From contig CBDAVP010000010.1 of the NCBI GenBank assembly GCA_965201075.1, positions 1 through 64,000 of the forward strand: a stretch of DNA of 64,000 bases. The letters run 5' to 3'. The position numbers and the translations under genes were made by a program. The notes under the pieces are model-generated. The model was given only the letters and a program-made list of their open reading frames with translations. It was not told the origin of the DNA and searched no databases. Of this stretch, positions 11,342 to 20,425 are shown piece after piece. Source of the stretch: Isosphaeraceae bacterium. GTDB lineage: Bacteria; Planctomycetota; Planctomycetia; Isosphaerales; Isosphaeraceae. Position 1 is the stretch's first letter; every line of letters begins with the position of its first letter.

Positions 11342-14128
11342 ATGCCCTCGATCGTCCGCCCCGAAGCCCCCACTCCGGCCAGGATTTCGCTCTCCCCAAC
11401 GCGTAAGCCCTTCGGCCCCGCCCTGGCCGACGCCGCCTTGCTCGTCGCCTTCCTCGGCCTGGGCTTCCTTCTGGGCGCCTTCCCCCAGAAAGACACCGAC
11501 CTCTGGTTCCACCTCCGAACCGGCCAGATCGTCCGCGAAACCTGGCAACTCCCCCAGCACGACATCTACACCTACACCGTCCCCGACCGCCCCTACATCG
11601 ACCTCCACTGGGCCTTCGAGGTCGGCGCCAGTTGGCTCTTCGAGCGCGGCGGCATGGTCACGCTCAACCTCGCCAAGTGCGTCGTGACCACCCTCGGCCT
11701 CTTCCTCCTCATCACCGCCCGTCGCCGCCAATGGCCCCTCTGGTCCGCCATCCTCGCCTGGCTCCCGGCGCTGTTTCTCCTCGGCGGCCGGATGTACGTC
11801 CGCCCCGAAACCCTCACCTTCGTCTGTCTCGCCGCCTTCCTGGCCATCCTCTCCCGTTGGGACCGATTCCCCGCCCTCACGTACCTCCTCATCCCCATCC
11901 AGGCCCTCTGGACCAACATCCAGGGCCTGTTCATCCTCGGCCCAATCCTCCTGACCTTCGCCCTCGCCGACGCCGCCCTCCAAACCTTCCGAGAGCGCCG
12001 CAAACTCCCCCCCGAACGTCGTCGTTGGTGGCGCATCACCGCCCCGGCCGCGGTCCTCACCTTCGCCGCCTGCCTGGCCAACCCCTACGGACTCCAGGGA
12101 ACCTTCTTCCCAATCCAACTGGCCAGCACCATGTCCGACCCGATCTTCCACGACACCATCGCCGAACTCACCCCCATCCCCGAGTTCATCCACCGCCACG
12201 GCCTGAGCGCCCTGCCCCTCCAGATCCACCTGGCCGTCCTCGCCCTCGGAACCCTCAGCTTCCTCCTCCCCTGGGTCTGGAACCTCCTCACCCCCACCGC
12301 TCCCCCCTCCAAACCCCGAGAGCCCAAACCCGACACCAACGGCAAGTCCAAACCCAAACCCCGTGCCCCCAAGCCCCCGCCCCGAGAGGCCACCTGGCAG
12401 CTCAGCCCTTTCCGCCTGCTCCTGTTCGGCGCCTTCAGTTACCTCAGCCTCCAGGCCACCCGCAACAGCCACCAGTTCGCCGCCGTCGCCGGAACCGTCA
12501 CCGCCTGGAACTTCGCCGAATGGGCCGGCGCGATCCCCAACCGCCGAGCCCTCCGCAAACGCCCCGACCGAAGCTCGAACCCATGGCCACCACGCCTCCT
12601 CACCTTCGCGACCCTGGTCCTCGCCTACGTCTTCGTCGGCACGGGAACCTTCTACCAGCTCGCCGGGGAAGGACGAACCCTCGGGCTCGGCGAGGAACCC
12701 CTCTGGTACCCCCACGAGGCCGCCAAATTCGCGGGCCGCGACGACCTCCCCGACAAGCTCCTCGGCATCCACATCGGCCTGCCCGCCCTCTACGAGTACT
12801 ACCACGGACCCAAACGCAAGGTCTACGCCGACCCCCGCCTCGAAGTCATGGGTGTCGACCTCTACGAACGTTACATGGAACTGACCCACGACCTCTCCGC
12901 CAACCGACCCAACTGGGAAGCCCAGATTGAAGCCATCGGCAACCCCACGATCCTGGTCGACAACGTCGGAAGCTTCCAGGTCGGCGGCACCCTCCTCGGC
13001 AGCCCCCGCATGCGCTGCGTCTACTTTGACCCGATCGCCGCGGTCTTCGTCCCCGAGGCCGTCGCCAAACCCCCGGCCGTCGACTTCCTCGCCCGCCACT
13101 TCCGTCCCGACCCCGCCACTACCCCCAGCGGCCCCCGAGCCCTCAACACCTCGGCGCAGGCCCTCTGGTCCCTGGCCAACACCCTCCGAGCCACCAACCA
13201 CATCGCCGCCACCCGCCCCCTCGTCCCCCTCGGCCTCGGCCACGCCCGCCGCGCCCTGGAAACCGACCCCGACTCCCCCCTCTCCTGGAAGCTCATCGGC
13301 CAGCTCGAAGCCATCCGCGACCCCCTCACCAACCGTCCCCCTTCCCCCCGCTTTCGCCTGCCGTTGAACCCAATCCTCGACCTCCCCGCCCTCCGAGCCA
13401 CCCACGCCTTGAAACAATCGCTCGACCTTGACCCCGACGCACCCGCCGCCGCCCTGACCCTGGCCGACTCCTACCGTTCCCGCGAGATGCTCGAACCCGC
13501 CCTCCCCCTGCTCGACGGTCTGGCCCACCGAGTCCCGACCAACCCGTCCCAGCGAACCACGGCCAAGCTCGCCGCCGACCTCGCCACAACCCTCCGCAAC
13601 CGTCTGGGCCCCATCCCTCAACTTCCCGCCCACCCCAACGCCGGAGACCTCGACGCCGCGGCCTCCACCCTCCTGGCCGGAGGCCGTCCCCAACGCGCCG
13701 CCGACCTGCTCGAACAGGCCGGACCCACCGGCCCGCGTCCCTGGCCCGAGGCCGACCGCCTGGCCACCCTGCGCCTCCACCTGGGCCAACCGGCCGAGGC
13801 CCGCACCACCTGGCAAACCGCCGCCACCCCCCCGCAACCCGCCCTCCGCCCCGCCCGGGTCGCCCTCACTCACCTGGTCGAGGGAAACCTCCCCGCCGCC
13901 CGAGCCTCTTACCAGGAAGCCCTCGCCCTGGCCCCCAACCTCTTCGAGGCCCGCTACGGCCTCGCCCTCCTCGAAACCGACGCCGGAAACGCCCCCGAAG
14001 CCCTCAAGCAAGCCGAGGCCGCCCAGGCCCTCGCCCCCAACTCCGCCGCCGAATCCGCCACCCAGGCCCTCGCCGAAGCCGCCCGCCCCTACACCTTGGC
14101 CCCACCAACCTCGCGCCCCACCCCATAA
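11342..14128 (+). CDS. Polytopic membrane protein with C-terminal TPR repeats (GT-C-like)
   Basis: DTDLWFHLRTG loop, many hydrophobic helices, LWTNIQGLF, ANPYG, VYADPRLEV, TPR-like YQEALALAPNLFEARYGLA. Confidence 0.7.
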   Translation: MPSIVRPEAPTPARISLSPTRKPFGPALADAALLVAFLGLGFLLGAFPQKDTDLWFHLRTGQIVRETWQLPQHDIYTYTVPDRPYIDLHWAFEVGASWLFERGGMVTLNLAKCVVTTLGLFLLITARRRQWPLWSAILAWLPALFLLGGRMYVRPETLTFVCLAAFLAILSRWDRFPALTYLLIPIQALWTNIQGLFILGPILLTFALADAALQTFRERRKLPPERRRWWRITAPAAVLTFAACLANPYGLQGTFFPIQLASTMSDPIFHDTIAELTPIPEFIHRHGLSALPLQIHLAVLALGTLSFLLPWVWNLLTPTAPPSKPREPKPDTNGKSKPKPRAPKPPPREATWQLSPFRLLLFGAFSYLSLQATRNSHQFAAVAGTVTAWNFAEWAGAIPNRRALRKRPDRSSNPWPPRLLTFATLVLAYVFVGTGTFYQLAGEGRTLGLGEEPLWYPHEAAKFAGRDDLPDKLLGIHIGLPALYEYYHGPKRKVYADPRLEVMGVDLYERYMELTHDLSANRPNWEAQIEAIGNPTILVDNVGSFQVGGTLLGSPRMRCVYFDPIAAVFVPEAVAKPPAVDFLARHFRPDPATTPSGPRALNTSAQALWSLANTLRATNHIAATRPLVPLGLGHARRALETDPDSPLSWKLIGQLEAIRDPLTNRPPSPRFRLPLNPILDLPALRATHALKQSLDLDPDAPAAALTLADSYRSREMLEPALPLLDGLAHRVPTNPSQRTTAKLAADLATTLRNRLGPIPQLPAHPNAGDLDAAASTLLAGGRPQRAADLLEQAGPTGPRPWPEADRLATLRLHLGQPAEARTTWQTAATPPQPALRPARVALTHLVEGNLPAARASYQEALALAPNLFEARYGLALLETDAGNAPEALKQAEAAQALAPNSAAESATQALAEAARPYTLAPPTSRPTP

Positions 14129-14196
14129 CCAGAGCCCACAGCCTTTCGCGCGAGGACCGCCTTGCTCCCTCTGCCAGGGACCATTCCAGACTCGCT

Positions 14197-14410
14197 CTCG
14201 CTGACGGCGAATGTCCGCGTGACCGTCGCGGCCCCGCCCGGGGCGTTTTCCCGGGTCTGGACGAACTCCACGGCGAACATGGGCTTGCACTCGATGGCCC
14301 AGTCCTCCTGGTCCCGACAGGTGCAATGCCGCTTCACCGGGTCCACCGTGGACTTCGTCCCGCCGCCGCGTTGGGAGGGGTCAAGATACACGCCATCGAC
14401 TTGGTCGGTG
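14197..14410 (-). pseudogene. Degenerate N-terminal SWIM zinc-finger fragment of a SWIM-DDE transposase
   Basis: VYLDPSQRGGGTKSTVDPVKRHCTCRDQEDWAIECKPMFAVEFVQTRE resembles VPSQ..Y.V...CTCPD....CKHIFAVE; the His ligand is replaced by Pro; boundaries approximate. Confidence 0.6.
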
Positions 14411-14530
14411 TTTCGTATACCGGCCTTGAGTATTTCGGGCCCGGCGTCGCTACGTCCCAATCCCGCCGTTATGATGAGCGGAACAGGAGCGAGTCATACG
14501 TCGGCAACTCGCTTCGTTCCACCCCGCCAT

Positions 14531-15560
14531 TAGAGCGAAGTGCGTTTTGTCGTAGCGGATTTCTTGGATTTCGACTACACTACCTTCCCAAACCCGGGAG
14601 GGGCAACGATGCGTGCTTTGAGCGACGACCTGCGGCTCAGGATTCATGACGCTTGCCAGGACGGCGACTCGACCGCCGAGGTTGCCCAGCGATTCGATGT
14701 CTCCCCCGCCTTCGTCCGACGACTCAAGCAACGCTTCCGCGAGACCGGCTCCCTCGCCCCCAAGCCCGGCGGACGCGGGCGTACCTCCAAGATCGAGGGC
14801 CGCGTCGAGGAACTTCGCCAGTCGGTCCGCGACCATCCCGACGATACCCCCGAGGAGCATGGCCGGCGGCTGGGCCTGGGCGTCGTCCGCACCACCGTGT
14901 GGCGGGCGATGCTCCGGCTGGGCCTGACGCATAAAAAAAGTCGGTCCACGCCAGCGAGCGAGACCGGCCCGACGTGAAGGCGGCCCGCGACGCCTGGCCC
15001 GCGACGCTGGCGGGGGTGGCCGTCGAGGACCTGGTGTTCCTGGACGAGACCGGTGCCAGCACCGCGATGCACCGCACCCACGGCTACGCCCCCAGGGGGC
15101 AACGCCTGGTGGCCCAAGCCCCGCACGACCACTGGAAGGTGGTGACCTTCGTCGGGGCGTTGACCGCCGGGGGCCTGGTCGCGCCGTGGGCCCAGGCCGA
15201 GGCGATGACCGGCGAGGTGTTCCTGGCCTATATCGAGCAGTTCCTGGTGCCGCGGTTACGGCCGGGGATGGTGGTGGTGATGGACAACCTCTCCAGCCAC
15301 AAGGTCGGCGGGGTGCGTGAGGCGTTGGAACGGGCCGGCTGCCGGCTGGAGTACCTGCCGCCGTACAGCCCGGACTTTAACCCGATCGAGCAGGCCTTCA
15401 GCAAGTTCAAGCGGCGGCTGCGCACGGCGGCGGCGCGGACAGTCGAAGGGGTCTATGGGGCGATGAAGGACGCCCTGGATCACTTCCGGCCGGAGGAGTG
15501 CCTCAACTACATCCGGCATTGCGGCTATCCGCATGCTACACCGATTCGCATTCCGCTCTA
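14531..15560 (+). mobile_element. IS630 family insertion sequence
   Basis: TA at both ends; imperfect 26-bp terminal IRs TAGAGCGAAGTGCGTTTTGTCGTAGC and (revcomp of right end) TAGAGCGGAATGCGAATCGGTGTAGC. Confidence 0.9.
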
Positions 15561-15561
15561 G
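14609..15561 (+). CDS. IS630 transposase; orfA (14609..) and orfB joined by a -1 frameshift at the A7G run 14933-14940
   Basis: HTH N-terminus MRALSDDLRLRI; DDE triad FLDETG / VMDNLSSH / PYSPDFNPIE; -1 frame reads KKSVHASERDRPDV. Confidence 0.9.
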
Positions 15562-15623
15562 TCAGCAATCGACCGCCGATTCACAAAGGCCACCGATCCA
15601 CTCCGCTTGCTCAGGGCTGACCG

Positions 15624-15812
15624 ATGGAAAAACTTTCGGGCAAGACGGTCTTGATCGTCGTCTCGTCGATTTTTGCTGCGTCATCAATCCCGGTGATTCT
15701 CAAGTCCGAATCCCCGCTCTCACTCGCGGCGATTATGGCTGCGGTAATCGGGATCGTGTCGTTGCTCGCATGGGGACTATTGAAAGGATTGGATTGGATC
15801 TTGCGACGATAA
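15624..15812 (+). CDS. Small two-helix membrane protein, hypothetical
   Basis: 62-aa ORF with two hydrophobic segments and a basic C-terminus. Confidence 0.5.
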   Translation: MEKLSGKTVLIVVSSIFAASSIPVILKSESPLSLAAIMAAVIGIVSLLAWGLLKGLDWILRR

Positions 15813-15865
15813 GGGTGATAGGTCTTCGCCGAATGGTCTCCTACAGACTGACGGGCCATCAAGCC

Positions 15866-16159
15866 ATGCGAATGCCCCGCCCCCGCCTGACCCTCCACCG
15901 GCTGATGATCGTGGTGGCCGTCGTGGCGGTGGGGTTGGGGGTCGTCGAACGTCGCCGCCGATTCTTGCGACTTGCCGAAGGGTACGATCCCTATCGGGGT
16001 GGGGCTTTTGCTGTATTCATGGGCTCGCGGGAACAGATCGCGGTCAAGCACCGGCATCACGAGTGGCGTGTTGCGATGCATAAGCGATATCTCTGGGCAG
16101 CGGATCACCCTTGGCTCCCGCTCGCATCGGACCCCGCCGAGCCGACCCAACTCAACTGA
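15866..16159 (+). CDS. Small membrane-anchored planctomycete-type hypothetical protein
   Basis: MRMPRPRLTLHRLMIVVAVVAV N-terminus and RY..AA.HPWLP...DP.EP C-terminus, a pattern I recognise from Isosphaeraceae small proteins. Confidence 0.7.
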   Translation: MRMPRPRLTLHRLMIVVAVVAVGLGVVERRRRFLRLAEGYDPYRGGAFAVFMGSREQIAVKHRHHEWRVAMHKRYLWAADHPWLPLASDPAEPTQLN

Positions 16160-16190
16160 CCGGAGCCCCCGCCCATGAGACTCGCCCGGC

Positions 16191-17084
16191 CCCGGCCGAC
16201 CCCCGGTCCCCTTGCGGGATCAGGTCTTCTCCGTCGCCTTCAAGGTCTACTCCACCGTCTCCACCCGGCGATTTACGTGCGACCTTGAGGACGCCGCCAA
16301 GGGGATGATCCGCAAGGCCCCGCACTACAACTCGGTTTGCAACGCCTTGGAAGACCCCGCCCTCACGCCGATCTTGAAGGGGCTCATTGTCGAGTCGAGC
16401 AAGCCGCTGGCGGCGGTCGAGACCGACTTCGCCGTGGACTCCTCCGGGTTCTCCACCTGCCGCTTCGTCCGGTGGTTCGACATGAAGTACGGCAAGACGA
16501 TGGAGGAGCGGGAGTGGGTTAAGGTCCACATCGCCTGCGGGGTCAAGACGAACGTGGTGACGGCCGTGGAGATCGCCGACAAGAACGCCCACGACGCCCC
16601 AATGTTGCCCCCGCTGGTCAAGCAGACGGGCAAGGCGTTCGCCATCCGGGAAGTGTCGGCCGACGCCGCCTACATGTCCACGGAGAACCTCCAGACGGTG
16701 ATTGACGCGGGCGGGACGCCCTACATGGCCTTCAAGGAGAACGCCACCGGGGGCATCGGTGGCGTCTTCGCCAAGGCGTTCCACTACTACAACGCCTTCC
16801 GGGACGACTTCCTCCAGCACTACCACAAGCGGAGCAACGTGGAGTCGACCTTCTCCATGATGAAGGCGAAGTTCGGGGACGCGATCCGGTCGAAGTCGGA
16901 TACGGCGATGGTGAATGAGGCCCTCTGCAAGATCCTCTGCCACAACCTCTGCTGCCTGATCCAGAGCATGCACGAGTTGGGGATCGTGGCGACGTTCTGG
17001 GGGGAGAATCAGGCGGCGGTGGGGGAGGATGTGATCGGATCGCCGATGACGATGGATGAAGTGGAAGCGTGGGGATGGGTGTGA
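16191..17084 (+). pseudogene. 5'-truncated DDE transposase (IS4/IS5 superfamily, SWIM-DDE type)
   Basis: PGRPPVPLRDQVFSVAFKVYST, AVDSSGF, WVKVHIACG, VSADAAY, YHKRSNVESTFSMMK (YREK); in-frame TGA at 16176-16178 upstream. Confidence 0.8.
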
Positions 17085-17097
17085 GTAGAAACGCTGA

Positions 17098-18351
17098 TCA
17101 AAAGGCCGATGAATCCTCGATCGAGAGCAAGATTCCCTTGCCCCTTTTTGAGCCGGGGGGGGTCGTAGTTTGGAATTCAACCCGAGCACCACGAGGCAAA
17201 ATTTTGCCCTCTATAGTAGGAGTTATTTTTTTGGGAAATCGTAGCGTCCAATCTTCTTCCATATCGTTATCGGTCGAGGAAAATCGGCACCATAATCGCT
17301 TTGATTCGAGTGCATAAAGAATCCCCTCCCGAACCAAAGTCTTTTGTTCTAAACTACTGCGACACGCGGCAATTGCAGAATGTGCTCTCAAGCCTAAGGG
17401 AATCGGCTTGCTGGAGCCAGACGAATTTATGAACAGGCTTACATCTCCAGAAGTTGCAACCCTAACTATGCCTTCCAGATGGGTCAGTGCTGGCTCTATC
17501 GTACGCAGATTTTCCCTCAAGAGCATGATGATCTTTTCTGAATCGCCTTCCGAGGCAAACTTCAGAGCGTCGAACATCAGCTTGAGGGGGTCAGACCTGT
17601 CGAAACTCAGAACTTTAGTCGGGGGTGGGGAGTGAAGAAAAAGCTTTACGCTTCCCGTCTGAGCAGTCAATTCGGGCTCAAAATAATTGTTCGCTGTTTT
17701 ATGATCTTTCTTTTTAGGATAAGGAATATTCATTTTGTCCATTCCGGCATTTAATACGAATGCTCTAGCATGCAGCAGTGTTTCAATTGCCTTACCAGCA
17801 CGAATTCTAGGATTTGAAAGGTTGAATTCTAAGCTATAGGTGGGGTATGCGGTGTACTCAAACGACAGCCTAATTTCGTGCGCTGTCAGTCGAGTTGCGG
17901 CAGATGAAAAAGAAGGGGACGAAAAATCTAGTCCGAGTTCATGGAAAACTATCATTCGCCCATGATTCGTTTCTCTGGGCAAAAGCAACGCACGGTAACC
18001 TTTTTTTCCGAGATGTATAATGACCCCGTCTTTCAATTCTGGCTCGCTGGATTCGACCACAAGCACCGAATAGGCACCTACGCCGAACACGAAAATGTCG
18101 CCGGATTCGATCTCGATGGGGCTTGATTCAGGTCTTAAAATAAGGGCTGTGTTTAGGGGCGTCCCTGGCAATAGATCAATGCCGACAACCTTCCAAGTTC
18201 CAGAGAACGAACCATCCTTGAAGTGATTCAGTATAAAGTCGGAGCCGGGTTTCCATTCCCCCCCTGTCCAACAGCCACGAACGGCAACATGCCCATCGCC
18301 CCTTGGGAATGGGATTGAGTCGTATACAATTCCTCCATTAATAATGTTCAT
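17098..18351 (-). CDS. Hypothetical 417-aa multidomain protein (N-terminal beta-barrel, C-terminal OB-like region), AT-rich cargo
   Basis: Long ORF in AT-rich DNA; ATGA overlap with the upstream gene; domain guesses by eye only. Confidence 0.7.
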   Translation of the reverse strand: MNIINGGIVYDSIPFPRGDGHVAVRGCWTGGEWKPGSDFILNHFKDGSFSGTWKVVGIDLLPGTPLNTALILRPESSPIEIESGDIFVFGVGAYSVLVVESSEPELKDGVIIHLGKKGYRALLLPRETNHGRMIVFHELGLDFSSPSFSSAATRLTAHEIRLSFEYTAYPTYSLEFNLSNPRIRAGKAIETLLHARAFVLNAGMDKMNIPYPKKKDHKTANNYFEPELTAQTGSVKLFLHSPPPTKVLSFDRSDPLKLMFDALKFASEGDSEKIIMLLRENLRTIEPALTHLEGIVRVATSGDVSLFINSSGSSKPIPLGLRAHSAIAACRSSLEQKTLVREGILYALESKRLWCRFSSTDNDMEEDWTLRFPKKITPTIEGKILPRGARVEFQTTTPPGSKRGKGILLSIEDSSAF

Positions 18352-18743
18352 AAATAATTTTTGTATACTTCTATTTGTTTATTGCATCTCGAAATTTCTG
18401 GTCCTGAGAGTTTCAGTTTATCCGATCTGGAAAGCAGGCATTTGTTTACCTCCACCTCGCGAGTGGCTCTTTCTTGGTGGTCGCAAGAAAGACTGATATG
18501 ACCGTCTCGGAAAAATTGAAGGACATGAGCCAGTTCCTCTAACCACGTAGATTTGTCGACCGGCACAGTATCGTCTAGTTTAATATAAATAGACCCATCT
18601 TCATCCATGTCCGTCGAGCCAGAGGCTCCCATCCATTTCAGGTATAACCCGATTTCGGAATCCAGAGATGCTCGAAGAATATGTGTCCTTGCTTCCTTGT
18701 CGTACTTAAATACAAATGCATTGTACATCCGTTCATAATTCAT
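18348..18743 (-). CDS. Small zincin-like protein resembling metallopeptidase-toxin (Tox-MPTase4-like) domains
   Basis: YLKWMGASGST...STWLEELAHVLQ...REVEVNKCLL...EISRCNKQIEVYK; probable ATG 18743 (ORF open to 18905). Confidence 0.6.
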   Translation of the reverse strand: MNYERMYNAFVFKYDKEARTHILRASLDSEIGLYLKWMGASGSTDMDEDGSIYIKLDDTVPVDKSTWLEELAHVLQFFRDGHISLSCDHQERATREVEVNKCLLSRSDKLKLSGPEISRCNKQIEVYKNYL

Positions 18744-18946
18744 TGTGTCATCGCAGATTAGAAGCTGGTGTTTAGTCCGAGAATGACTCCCCTCATTACC
18801 CCTGCCAATCGTCTTAGGTGGGTGGATGGAAATCAAGGGTTCGTTCTGACGGCTTCCGATTTCGAGATTACCACCAACACTGGACATTGGTCCAGAAAAA
18901 ATCATTGCGTACTGGAGGGACTATTACGCAATCCGTTGCCCGAAAC

Positions 18947-19080
18947 GGCCTCTGCCCATAAATTCCCCCGTCTGTCACGGAAATTGGAGTCGGTGGACGG
19001 ATTTATAGGCAAAGCCGGCAGAGGACAATAAATAGGCAAAGCCGCAAACCCGAGTGGACAAAATTATAGAAAAATCGACG
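18947..19080. repeat. Cluster of putative transposon-end motifs (one inverted pair plus direct copies of ATAGGCAAAGCC)
   Basis: GCCTCTGCCCATAAAT (18948-18963) is an imperfect IR of ATTTATAGGCAAAGCC (19001-19016); ATAGGCAAAGCCG recurs at 19032-19044; degenerate third copy ~19054-19078. Confidence 0.6.
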
Positions 19081-19209
19081 ACCTCGGCAAAAATTCGCCA
19101 AAATCCAAATTTGGCCGTCATCAATCCCAATTTCGGTCACGATAGTAACCTACGTGGGGAGAACTCGATCCCCAACGAACTGGGAAACCGCACCAAAGAG
19201 CCAACTCCC

Positions 19210-20205
19210 ATGTCTCAACCGCAAAACCAGCCCGAAATCCACACCACCCCCCGCCCCCTCCTCCACGGTCTGACCATCATCACGCCCGAAAACGAGGCCG
19301 ACGCCCTCAACGATCGCATCGACTTCTGGACCTCCTCTCTCAAACCTTTCGACATCTATGAAACCTGGCTCGTTCACGAAGTCGCACGCAACACATTGGA
19401 AATCGAACGCCTCCACCAAACCCAGATCGTCCTGCGTCACGACCACGCCCAGCGCATCGCAATCGTCTTTGAACAACAACAGCGAGACCACGCCGAACTC
19501 CTCGCCTCCACCCTCTCCCGCCACCCGGCGCGCGCTCTGGCCTCCCTCCGCAAATTCGCCCAGGGTTGCCTGGTCATCGCCCGCCGCTGGGAATGGCTTC
19601 TGGCCACCCTCGAAAAACGAGGGGGCTGGACCGAGTCCCAACGCCTCCAGGCCATGAACCTCCTCAACGTCCCGCCCGACCTCCGGGACGGCGTAACGCC
19701 CCTCGATCCGCCCGATGATGACCCCGAAACGCTCCTGGAACACCTCCGGCAACTCGCCGAAACCGAGCTTCAGCGCCACAAGGACCTCGCCGCCCTCCTG
19801 CAACCCCTCGACGAGCGCATGCGTCACGCGCAATCCCTGGGCCTCGGCCCCGAGCCTCCCGAAGTCGCCGCCATCCGCGAGGTCCAGCGACAGGCCGAGC
19901 GCCGCCTCGCCTGGACCCGCTCTCAGTTCAAAACCTCCCGCCCCGATCCCCGCCCCATCGACCGAAACGAGCTACCCGCCTACATCCCGGGCGAGTGGAA
20001 GAACAACATTCCGTACGAACCCAACCGAACCAGTTCGGCCGAACCGCTGACGCCTCGCGAACCCCAGCCCCCGGCCGTGGCGGCCTCCCCTTCCTGGTCC
20101 ACGACCCACTCCTCGCCCACCGCGTCGAATCCCCAACCCAAGCCCAGCCCCCAGCAGCCATCCGACGTTCCCCCAAAGCGCGACCCCAAACGCCGACGAG
20201 CCTGA
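19210..20205 (+). CDS. Hypothetical helical protein with Pro-rich tail
   Basis: Long ORF with host-like codon usage; LHGLT motif near the start; ATG at 19210. Confidence 0.65.
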   Translation: MSQPQNQPEIHTTPRPLLHGLTIITPENEADALNDRIDFWTSSLKPFDIYETWLVHEVARNTLEIERLHQTQIVLRHDHAQRIAIVFEQQQRDHAELLASTLSRHPARALASLRKFAQGCLVIARRWEWLLATLEKRGGWTESQRLQAMNLLNVPPDLRDGVTPLDPPDDDPETLLEHLRQLAETELQRHKDLAALLQPLDERMRHAQSLGLGPEPPEVAAIREVQRQAERRLAWTRSQFKTSRPDPRPIDRNELPAYIPGEWKNNIPYEPNRTSSAEPLTPREPQPPAVAASPSWSTTHSSPTASNPQPKPSPQQPSDVPPKRDPKRRRA

Positions 20206-20425
20206 ACCAACAAACGCCGCCTCGCCTCGCTCCTTGACAATTCGCACCCAAAAGGAACTCGGCCGCGAGCCCGCGTCGAGAACCGGACCCCCGCGCGCCG
20301 ACCGAACCCGAGGCGGCCCTTGCCCTCGGTTGCGGGATCGCCCCCCCCGCAGCTATCCTGGAAACCACCGCCCCCGCACCCGCCCTCGCCCTCTTGGCGA
20401 CGATCGGACCCCACCGGGATCGCCC

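Noticed and set aside
11276..14326. 1016-aa minus-strand ORF and many other long antisense ORFs (e.g. 20438..22021, 24105..25709, 61586..63721)
   Set aside because: Shadows of real high-GC genes on the opposite strand; G/V/E-rich low-information translations
18990..19080. Mini CRISPR array
   Set aside because: Repeat cores are only ~12 bp with very short spacers and no cas genes; better explained as transposon-end motifs
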